Origin: Hyaloraphidium curvatum SAG 235-1
Taxonomy: Eukaryota > Fungi > Monoblepharomycota
Reading direction: 5' to 3'
Length of the DNA: 64,000 bases
Assembly (NCBI GenBank): GCA_025558095.1
Contig: JAIVFI010000002.1
Coordinates: 992,001 to 1,056,000, forward strand
Positions 9,822 to 20,457 of the stretch are shown here, one piece after another. Each line of letters starts with the position of its first letter. The stretch's first letter is position 1. The notes under the pieces are model-generated. The model was not told the origin of the DNA. It was given only the letters and a program-made list of their open reading frames with translations, and ran no database searches. The translations under genes and the position numbers were made by a program.

Positions 9822-12800
9822 CTAGTTGTTTTTCAGCGCCTCGAAGTCCGCCAGAAGCTCTTCCATAATCTGCCTTCGCGGGCGCAAGACATACGTCACC
9901 AGCTCAGCAGCCGTGAACGATGTCTGGGCCCCCCTCGCGCTCCTCTGCCGCTCCACCTCAACGCCCAATGGCTTGCTTCGCACCAAGTGAAGCATCTGCT
10001 GAAGCACCGCACCGAGTCCTTCCTCATTCAGTCCGCGATCGCGGATGAACTTCTCGACGTCGCCCAGAATGAGATTGGTGATCCGCTCCAAGAAGCCCCT
10101 CAGAGCAAGACCGGCTGAAATGTTCAGCGTCATTGACACTGCCGATAAAGGTCGAATGTTCCGTCCAACTTACATGCCTGGCTGTGGTCGTGATCGAGGT
10201 GGTCACCGGGGCGTCCAGTGAATGGATCCAACAGGTGTCCCGCGTGATCCCGCACGATCCTTGCGCGTAGATCGCGCCACTCCTGGCTTGCGTAGAGCGG
10301 CGTAGGATCCGATCGGTCTCCGTCGCCATACACCGTGCTCAGAACGCGCTCGTACTGAGTGCTGTAGTCCCGAAAGATGCTACGCCCGGTCCATGATTTT
10401 GACAGGTACCGGAAAATCAGCATTGCCAGCCTTGAAAACGGCTTAGCTGTTGATATTCAATTCGTGCGTCGCCCATACCTTCTGCCCGCATCGTTTGCAA
10501 GCGGGTCCAAAGTACCCGCTGCGATGAGCCAGTCGATGAACCCTAACACCTTGTTGCACGGCCCACACAAGAACGCTCGCAGGTTGAGGCAGTCTGCGCC
10601 AACGAAGTCTTCTGCAGTGTGAGCATGGTCCGTGTCGGCTCTGACCGACATGGCATCTCGCGTGTCTTTGAGGCCAGGTATGATGTCATTCTGAGCAGAG
10701 GGTGAGTACGCTTTCCCAGGCAGAGACTCCTGGACTGACTGCGTTGTGCTCTGCTACGGCCGACTTCCGTTTCCACTGGCCGACTTCCTCGAGGCACGCC
10801 TCACATCGCATTTTGTGGAACTCCAATTCCCACAGACCACTGTCCCGAAGTCGCTTGGTGTAGATCTGAACGAACAAACGTTTACTGCAAGTGCAGTGAT
10901 GCCTGAACCTCGGTCACTCACAGCGCAAAGGTCCGCGACAAATGGCAGGAAGGCGACGATGTCGTCCGTGATCCCGTCACCGCGGGCCGCCCGCAGGAGC
11001 TCACAGTGGTACGATGATGCCCAGTCCAGGAGCCGACCGTTGGTGGATACCAGTTTCCTAGCAAGATTGACCTTGCTGTGCCTTTCCCTGTTTGTCGGGT
11101 ATAGTCCTGTGTTGGGGCCGACCTTCTTCTTGGGCTTGCATGCCGAACAGAACCAGAACCCTTCGTCTCCTTGGCGTCGCGGCACGGCGTACTCCGCAAG
11201 CTGTGTCCCCGGAGGAAGAGGGCACGTCCCTGACTGGCACTCAATCTTCTTTGTGCTCAAGCACGTGGCCACGAAGTGAGCGCAGTCTCCGGAGTCATTA
11301 TCCCACTCTTTGACGAGATCCTTGGTCCCGAGTGAGCAAACGCAATCGGATTAGCGTCGCAAAGAGCATTTCACCTTGAAGTCATCGTCATTGGCTCGCT
11401 CGATGATGTCGGAGACCATGAAGAGGGGCGGATTGGCGATGCTGAGGATGTCGACGAAGGTCCCGGTGACTTTCTTCCTCAGCTTCTTTGCTAGCCGGAT
11501 CGTCGCCCGTTCGGTGTCGTAAGTTACTAGACGAGCGTTAGCCAGACAGTTACCGAGCTTATACCGTTGCTCACAGATCCACGACACGTTATCCCCGTAA
11601 TCGTTCTGGACCGATGGTGCGTTGGGATCAGGATCGACGACGGCTTGCTCTTGTGCGTCGGGGGCTCGTCCAGGTGCCAGGCGAATGAGGTTGCTGCAGT
11701 GACAAACCATGAGCATCCCGCAGAAAGAACTGCCCAACGGATCCGCACCGCAGTTCCCGGGAGTTCATGAAAAGATCGAAGACTCGCGCCACTTTCGTTG
11801 TTGAAGGTTTCCATGTCAGCTGACTGCCGTGCGCGGTCAGTCGCTGGGGGCCGATCGCCGTGTCCCTCGCAACAAAGGCCATCCCCAATACATTCTGCAA
11901 TACGGCGATCACGGTGGGCTGAAGGCCATCGAGGCGAATGGTGCCATTCAAGGGGCGCCCCTGGATCCGTTGGCGGAACCCGTCCAACCGATAGTATTGC
12001 TTCCCGCCATTCGAAGTAGGGAAGATTATGCCGAAATGGACACTCGCCGAGTCCGCCTTGAAGCTAAGGGCATGCATCCGCGCCGCGTCATTGCCGATCA
12101 TCTCCGTCGTGACGGAGACATCGCGTCCGAAAGCGCCAACGAAGGCTTTACCGGCGGCGACCCAAGCATCAGCCGCTCCGCGGGCGTATCCCGTCGACAA
12201 TTGCTGCCCCTCCTTCTTGTATCGATCCCACGGAATTACGACCCGCATGCTGTCTTTCTTGCAGTTTTGGCGTGCAAACCGGACGATCGCCTCGTCGTCC
12301 GCGAAGTACGGCTTGTCTACAGGTTTGAAAATGTAAGAACGTGCCGGGGGAGATGGCACCGAGAAGTCGTCGTACCGGTTCTGGCGGTGCGATCGACGTC
12401 GTTGACGGTACCTGCTCTGTGCTTCTCCTGGATGCCGCCCTGCGATTCGACGGCGCCACGTGAACTCCGGCTGGATCGACTTGCTGATGGACCAACCCCG
12501 AGTTCAGAACCCTGATCCTTGCCCGTGGTCCCATTGTCGACCGTCTCGTGGTCCTTGGTCTTGGCGTCGGGCTCCACATTGCTGCGGGTTCGTCGCCGGA
12601 TCAGAGAACTGAAATGGTGAGGTGAACTGTCCAACCCTTTCGGTCCGAATAGGAACCCATCAATCTGTGGCGGCACATCGATCAGTTTCGATCGATCGCG
12701 AATGCGAGCATGCGGCGCACCGTTGTCGTAGGCGTCGGCCTTTGGGTATGCCACTCCATCGTGAAACTTCCCTCAACGCTCTCGCCTTGAGTCAACTTGC

Positions 12801-15800
12801 GGCTGGGATGCTCGTTGTCAGCCGAAACGGGTGCCGTTCAAGCGCTCATGCTCACTAGATGGCGAACCGCGGAACGCACGTCGGCCCTTGGAACGCTCGT
12901 AGCCTCGGGTGTAGCTCGGCCAGCGTGAATGGGCCCAGGACCGTGTCATCCGACACGATCTCCCAGCGGTTCGCCCCGGCACGCGTTATGTACCCATAGT
13001 GTCCATGCTCCGAGACCCCGGTCTGGATGTGGCCGGAGTGCCAGAGCACCTTGTCCAGCACAAAGATCGATATGTCAATGGTCAGGTATTCCGTGAAGAT
13101 GATGCTGGGGTAGGTCTTTGTAATCGCGCCGTCAAGCTGACGGTATGCCCTGATGTCAAAGGCAAGAATATCGCCGATGCGCTGGATGTTCTGCACGAAG
13201 ACGTCAGAATCGCAACGCTTCGGCCTTCTTCTCCGGCGATGAGCACCTTCATGTTTGTAACTTCGGCACTGCATTGGACGCAATTGAATGAATGTGATAG
13301 GTTCCGCTCCAGGCAAGCGTTGAACGTTTCGGGAACGCCCTCCATAACGTCCAGCTCCAGATACGGTACCAGCTCGGAGGTGGCCCGCTCTTCATCCTGG
13401 GAGCGACAACCATCTGCGTGGCCGTGGGGCTCTGGAAGAAGTTCTACGGTGCAAAGGCCTTCGTAGAGGCCGGAAAGGTCGCCAAGGAGCGGCCGTACGA
13501 GCCGTTCCATCGCGTCGTCCTGCTCCAGCGTGCCGCTACCGATCATTGCCTGCGGAATGTTTAGCTGACTCCGCCTTTAGGCGGAGGAACTCACCCCGAG
13601 GGGTACGCCCTCTCGCTGGCACAAGTAACGGATGTCGTACGCCAAATCCCCGCCGGGTAGTTCCATCACCCGCCTGAGTAGTCGAACGTATCGCATTTCC
13701 TCTGACAATGCGTCCCAGTCCGTGGCGGAAAGGCGAACGTATATTGGCCCAACACCTGCGAGCAAGCCGAAGGACGAATTCCAAAAGCACGTGTTCGTGC
13801 CGTAGTTTTGGAACCTTGGGAATCGGAATCATGTGAGCCGAGCACATCGCAATGGCGAAGTGGAGCTGACCTGACGATCCCGGGCGCCTGTGGTTCTGGT
13901 AAGGCGAAGTCCAGAACTCTTGCAGTCCTCGGTCTCGTGTCGCGATCGTCGCCGTCTCTGTTCGACCAGGTGTCTCTGCTGACGACGAACCTGGCTTCAG
14001 CTGTGTTCGATCAAATGACAGGTGACCAACCTCGCGGTGCCTTCGGCAATGCGGGTGGATGAAGCCGGAGCCGGTGCTGCGGGACTGAAGCCCACGATTT
14101 CGGCGGCGCCTCTAGAGGTTGGCGTTCCAGGCGGGGGAACTTGCGGCGTTGTCGCCGCCAGAACTGGGAGCGACGGGGAGGGGAAGACCGCTGCATTGCC
14201 CGCGCGTATCCTGCCAGGCGGCGTCGCCTCTACGAAGATCGGTCGATGTTGCAGGACTGGAGCACGATCGCGCCCTGGTCAGCACGCCCGGATCGGAGAT
14301 CCGAACAGCAAACCAGCTCTCACGGTCGAATCTCCCAGAAGCCGAAAGCGCAGGGTCATGGGCGTGGGCACCATGTTGCATGCCTGCCTGCCGTCCGGGG
14401 TGTAGAGGTTGTGTGGTCGAAGAGCTTGTGGAGTCAGTATCATACCCGACGTCGACGTCCATTCGGGCGGGCCGGGGGGGTCGGGGGAGGACGAGATTAC
14501 AATTTGGGACCCGGCAGGCTTCCTTTTCGGACTTGTTTTGTCCTCTGCAGATTGACCGCACATGGTCAGCGGTTGTATCGAAGTTGGGCCGGGATGTGAC
14601 TGACCGGGATTGCTCTGCGGGACCTTGACGTACTCGCGGAGGGACACCTGTCCTCTCTTTGCCGGGGGCTCTGTAACCGAAGGCGTGAGAACGGCGCTGT
14701 AAGCATCAACGGCACTGCTTACCGATCTCCTCGTGCTCGTCATCCGATCCCAAGGTCAGATCGACGCATGGGAAGCCTGCGAAACGGAAGGTTAGTTCAC
14801 GTTGATCGCAAGGTTAGTTCACGTTGATCGCAAATGGGACGCGACTGATCTGACCCTGCTGGCTCATGTAGTTCTGCTCGGGGTTGACGTCAACTGGCAC
14901 TGGATCGGGGTTCTTGGCCGGGGACCGGTGAGCGCCCCGTCGGAACTTCCTGGGAAATTGGCCCACCCGGTTATGTTCCAGATCCGGTCCCGGCCTCCTC
15001 AAGAGTCGGCGCCTTTGTTGCTCGTCGCGGTGATCGTCTGCATGTTGGACGCATATGTGCGAACTGGCTCGGCTGTCGACGATCTCGTGACCTACCACCC
15101 GAATCGACATCCGCGAACTTCCCGCTTTCTGAGCTTCCCTTGAGCTTCCGAAGCCTCTTCTCTTTCAGAGCCCGCAGGCTCTTGCGCCGCTCCTCCTTGT
15201 CCTTGCGCTGCGCTCTCGTCCTCGTATTGTACCCATCTGGGTCGTCGGTCTCGGGTTCAGAGTCCGATTCCACCGTGACTACCAAACACAAAGCCGGTTA
15301 GCAGGAATTGTGAACGGATCGGACATGGAGCTGACCTTGGTTGCTCCCCCCGCCGCGGAGACGGAGCACACTCCGGCACGTCGAGGCGGCAGCAGCCACC
15401 GGATCCTCCTGTGATTCATCTGCAGATTGCATCGGCTGAATGGCTGTCGATGCACGGCGCCTCCGGCATTTGGCTTACCGCGGAAAACGTCGGCCTTCTC
15501 GGCCCCGAACTTCTCCCAAAGCTCCCGCCGGATCTGCCGGAGGGCCTTGTTGTGCTCCTTCCGTGCCTTGTTCTCGGCCGGCGTCTTGGCGGCGGCGGCG
15601 GCTGGCTCGTCTTGATCCGCGTTTCGAAACTGTCGAACCTGTTCGTCCCGGATTGTTGACGGCTGCCGCTTTTTGAGTTCCTGCTCCTTGAAGGTCTAGC
15701 GCACCTTGTCAGGCCGGCAACTGGGCAAAGGTCTGCATGCTTACCTGGAACGAGGCAATGACGTCTTGCGCACGCGGGATCTTGTGAAGATCCAGCAGTA

Positions 15801-16493
15801 TTCTCATGTCCTTCGGGTCCGTGATGCCGTGGATGTCGAGTCCGGGGTAGCAACGCCCGATGTAACGAACTGCGGCGTCGTAGGCGTATTGATCATCCGC
15901 GGCGAACGTGTTCTCGGTGAACACGGGTTTGAACGTCTTGCTGGCCCAGAAGGCGTAGCCGGCAGGCCGCCGGGCCCCCGTGTCGCGCACAGGCGGCGGA
16001 CGTTCTTGCACTCGAGCCCACGCATCTGCGAGGGGGCTGTGCTGGAAGGGGCGCGGCTTGCTGCTGCTCGACTTGTGCTTCCCATCCGCCATGATCCGCT
16101 CGTAGGACGCTGTGATGCGGGAGCCATTAAGTCCTGGGTATGGGTGCTCTGATGTATACGTACCAAGTCGAGCCATCAGATCCTTCGATCTTTCAAACGA
16201 CCTTCCGAGTTTGGCGAGATGCGACGGGTCGTCGTCGTCGTCGTCGTCGTCGTCGTTGCATCGATTCTGATGAAAGGGTGAGATCGACCCGATGCTCGCG
16301 GCTGCATACTCACGGCGGTGGGGATGCGCGCGGATGCGTGATTCGAGAGGCGCTGCCGGTCCTGGACATCGTACCGCTCGGCGAGCTCGCTGAAGTACTC
16401 CGAGATCGATGTGGGGCGAGAGGCCGACGCGTTGTCGACGCGGGGACTGCTGCTTTCGGCCCTCGACCACTCGTGGGGGTAGATTGACGCCAT
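9822..16493 (-). CDS. Large multi-exon protein: USP (peptidase C19) domain + half-PHD-like Zn finger + two tandem endonuclease VII-like domains
   Basis: Hand-spliced. Frame-consistent GT-AG introns include 16267-16313, 14777-14854, 14671-14722, 13550-13594, 12317-12375, 11694-11748, 11321-11374, 10866-10921, 10691-10739, 10431-10478 and 10115-10173; junctions between ~13830 and ~15480 are less certain. USP motifs: NYGTNTCFWNS, QDDAMERL, HSG..GHY, WEIVSDDTV. EndoVII motifs: CEAC..DHAH..RAFLCGPCNKVLG and DPFTG..LDHDH..RGFLERITNLILG. Confidence 0.72.
14788..14831. repeat. Perfect 22-bp tandem duplication (AAGGTTAGTTCACGTTGATCGC x2) inside a predicted intron
   Basis: Read directly: copies at 14788-14809 and 14810-14831. 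Each copy carries a minus-strand branch point ACTAAC. Confidence 0.9.
16228..16254. repeat. (GTC)9 microsatellite encoding poly-Asp on the minus strand
   Basis: Visible directly; in frame as NDDDDDDDDDP in exon 2 of the USP-EndoVII gene. Confidence 0.85.
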
Positions 16494-18318
16494 CTAGCGG
16501 CGATCGAGAATGTTGGAGGTCAGATCTGCTGCTTGCGAGCGAGCTCGCTGGCCTACCGTGCCGGGCGCAGCGCGGTGTGACGCGAACCCGTGGGGGCGGT
16601 CCGGGAGCTCCTGCGCGCCCTGTGGCGCACCCGCGCGGCCTCGAATTCAACTCGCGCGCGCTGGGAAGCCCACTGCGAGGGGCTACGCGGTCTGGTGCTG
16701 CTCCAGTCCCCCGCAGGAATTGCGGGCCGGTGGCCGTCCGTTACGTCGCCGTGGCCGGCACCGAAGGCGAAAAAACGCCTGCGAGCCGCGCCACGCGTTC
16801 GCAAGCCTTTTTGAGCGGGCAAGGAGCACGCGTTCGGGCGCTCGCCTGCCGGTTTTGCAGGGCAGGGTGGATCGCACCCGATCGCCCATCACTGCTCCAT
16901 CACTGCGTCCTCTCGCCCCTGCATACCCGTGCGCGAGGCACCTCAACCCCTTTAGAAGGGCCGGTCTCCCTTTGCTGCCGGCCAGAGGCCTATCTCGGCT
17001 CCGGGTGACCTGCGCTGGTGACGTTGGTGCGACGCGGTGCTGGCCGCGTCGCACGACGCTCGCCCGTCGGAAACGCCCGGCAGGATCGGCGACCGATCGG
17101 CTGCGTCACATGCACGCGGAGTGCTACCGCTGCCGCTGCTTCTGGGCGGGCGCGAGATGTCCGTCCCGTGCACAGTCATCCCTGGCTGATTGCGCGGGGG
17201 CGGGCACTCGCGGCAGTCTGTGGAACGCATCCCGCTCGAGTGCCGGGATTCAGAGCGGGCGGCATATGGCAGTACCTTCGCGGCTCCTGCTTGGCCGGTG
17301 CCGGCGTTTTTCGTTCGACTGGAGTCGAACTAATGGACCGGTCGTTATCGCGCTTGGACGGTTCGCCATCCCGGCCGCTCGGGGGCGCGCGGCTCTCGGC
17401 CGGGGCTCGTGTGCATTGGAACGAGGTCTCTGTGTGTCGATTCTGACGCTCCAATGAGCGGTTTCCCCGCGGAATGTTAGCCCTCTCGCTCGTTGTTTGT
17501 TGCGGGATGTTTCACCTTCTTTCTCGACCGCGTTGAACCTTGTTCCCAAATCTGCGAGCTTCACGGGAGCTATCACCCTCGGGCTCTGCAATATCAAACG
17601 CGGAGGGATTTGGCTTAGGACGGCAGCAACGATGCCGAGGAAGGCTCTGCAGTGGACCGGGGCAAGTCCGTCGGGGTCGTCTGGCTCTGAAGGATAGATT
17701 GGACGGTACAATACCTTGGGCACCTCTTTGCAAAGCAGAGAATGTTACGGACGTCGTTGAGTTCTGCCGCGTGCTTTCAAAGTGGCGGTGTGCGAGCTTG
17801 ATCCTCGCGAGAACCGGAACCTCCGCGAGGGCATCGAGAGCAGACAAGGAGGGCCTTCGGCTATCAGATCGCACTGGAGTGCCTGGGCTTTTATCTGTCG
17901 ACGTTCTGAATCGGATGGTGCCTGTCGTTGGATGCCAGCTCCACTCGTCCGCGAATGCGCTTCCATGTTTTCTTTTCCCCCGTCATTTCCTGCGCAATCG
18001 ACATACAGCAGGACGCACTCCATCGGCGGCGCCACGTAGTCCGTGTGGGGACGTGCTTCATTACTCGCGATGGATGTGCAGCGAGACAGGGGATCGCGGG
18101 AGGCGATTAGGTCGCAATGGGCACGCGCGTGGGTGCAATCCCGCAAAATAAATAGAGGTACAGGTATTCAAGTGTTGCGGTGGGCTGCGAGAGAGCCGTG
18201 TCGCTCGTTGGTTGTCAAACGTCGGCGGAGATTTGGGAAACAACCTGGCGCTCGGCGGTGCAGAAATCGAGATCGAGATCGAGAGGCTGCCTCCAAACAA
18301 CTCGCCCCGTCCTTCGCA

Positions 18319-19943
18319 ATGGCACCGCCTTCTCGTGCGCCGTGCAAGTTCTATGCCCGAGGCACCTGCCGGGATGGCAACGCGTGCCGTTTCCCGCACG
18401 TCGCCGCGCCAGCCCCCGCCCCCGCGTTTCCGCTGGTGTCGAAGGATCCGCGGCGGGCTGCTCAGCAGGCCTGCGCTTTCTTTGCTCGCGGACGATGCAA
18501 GTACGGCACCCAGTGCCGTTTCCGGCACGTCCCGACGGGCCTCTTTGCCCGGGAGACAGAATCCGGACCCGTTGGCGGAGTGGCGGCCGGGGGCGCGTCG
18601 TCGTCAAAAGTTGCCCGGGGATCTACGCGTGACGAACAGCGGTGGGTATGTCTAGTTGCGCTCTGGTTGCTGCGGACGTCTCACGCGTCTGTCTGATCAG
18701 CGCGTCCGAGGAACTGGACCGCCTCCGCCGCCAGGTCGAGAGCCTCGAGATCGAGAACGCGGAGCTCCGCACGCGGCAATCACTGGAAACTCCTGTGATG
18801 CCTTTGAATGCGGCCTCCAGGATCGGGTGGACCTGCGTGCTTCCTATCGAGCTCGTGCTCAAGATCGGGGAGTGGCTCCCCGCCGGCTCCAAAACCTTGG
18901 CGACCTTCATGCTGTCGTGCAGGGCGATGTACGGACTTCTGCTGCGGCACCATCGTAATGTCGTGTGCACGGAATCTCTCGCTACGCGCGCCCGCTTGGA
19001 TCAGCGTATCCACCAGCTAGCGTCAGCCGGAACTCTGGAGAAGGTCAAGGAGCTCCGCATGAGCCGGAAGGGGACCGAGGATTCGGTCCCGGAGGAGTTC
19101 GATCCCGAGCAATGGCCGGATGCCGATGTGGCTTTCCGCCTGATGGCCGAAAGCTGCCCGAACCTCGAGCGCCTGCAGTGCTCGCTGCAGTTGGGCTACA
19201 TGCCCGCGTTATTTGCCACGCTCCAGCTTGGAAAGCTCGCGCTGCTGGACCTGGCCTTCACAGACTCGCGCTTTTCGGGAGGCACTGAGCCGGCACCCTT
19301 GCCACTGACGTCGTTGCGGACGCTGATACTCCGCTCGCCGTCTCCTAGGATCGAAGCGGCGCTGTTTTTCCAGCGCTCATGCCCTTCGCTTGAGCGCGTT
19401 GAGTATTACTTGTTGAGCAGGTCCGACGGCGAGCACTTCGATGCACTCAGCTTCCGCCGGGGGCTGTCCTACGACTTCAAGGAAAAGATCAAGGTCTGGG
19501 AGTCACGGACGTCCGCTGACCTCGCTATCATGCTCCGCAGCATCGCCTTCGCCCCCGAGGTGATCAAGCTGTTGGATCACCGTGCGCTTCCTCTGTCCGT
19601 GTGGCGGTCCCTATGTCAGCGGCAGACCCTGCGGGAGTTCTACCTGAAGGACTTCCTTTCCGATCTGCTGAAATGCCGGCCTCCGAATCTGCGGGTCTTC
19701 GAGGTCGAAACCGTGGGCGTTTCCGGCGGCCTGGAGGCCGAAAGTCTCCGCGACATCGGGACCTGGTTGGAGGGGTTGGAACGCTTTTGCGTTCGGGGGC
19801 TACCCGAACTACTGTCTGATAAGCTCACGTTTTGGTACTTGGAAGGCGGGGACTTTGGCGTCAAAGTGAATCCCGAGGCCCGCGGTTACTCACGGCGGGT
19901 GAAAAACGAGCTTCAGTTCTGGAGAGCCCGACTCTCGCTTTGA
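18319..19943 (+). CDS. Tandem CCCH zinc finger + coiled coil + F-box-like/LRR-like protein
   Basis: Two C-x7-C-x5-C-x3-H fingers (CKFYARGTCRDGNACRFPH; CAFFARGRCKYGTQCRFRH); intron 18642-18700; F-box-like LPIELVLKIGEWL..LATFMLSCR; LRR-like CPNLERL and CPSLERV. Confidence 0.8.
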
Positions 19944-20457
19944 TGAGTGCGCCGAACGTCATGTGGAGGGGACAGGCGCTGGAACCGGATGCCGGTAACC
20001 TGCAGCTCTTCCGACTGTTGTTTCGATAGAGTGCGTGGCGAGGGCTTGAACGCTCCGTACTGCAAAACCTGCTGCCGCAGTGCCTTCGTGTCCTCGGCAT
20101 AAAGAAGCAACGTTGAGTATTGTCATTCGCGCCTGGCTGGGATTAGCAAGACGCCTCAAGCGAGGCTGATCGATACGAGGAAACACTGGCCATGGTTCCA
20201 TCTCATCGTTTCCACCAAGCAAGCAATAGAGTAGTACATTCCAACTTCCAGCTTTGGAAAGACAAGACTCGGACAAAGCTTTTGGTTTCCGAAAGGGTGT
20301 AGGAGAACGAAGTTCGAGGCTCTGGTGATAAACAAGCCGGCCTGCGCCCCAGCAACAGCACCCGCGCAAACCTGCGCGCAAACCAGCCTCGCGCGGCGCT
20401 CGATCCACCCCAGACTGCGGAGCCGAGGCTACCTTCTGCCTCTGTCGCCCCTCGGCG

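Noticed and set aside
13569-13586. Perfect hairpin CTCCGCC-TTTA-GGCGGAG resembling a terminator
   Set aside because: It lies inside a 45-nt intron of a eukaryotic gene, with no U-tract and no supporting evidence.
14112-14561. Apparent Cys cluster (ICRGQ...CRVPNC) suggesting a Zn finger
   Set aside because: Splice-site phases put the real exon in another frame (EDKTSPKRKP...), and the first Cys overlaps the acceptor.
14788-14831. CRISPR-like repeat
   Set aside because: Only two adjacent copies with no spacer, in a eukaryotic intron.
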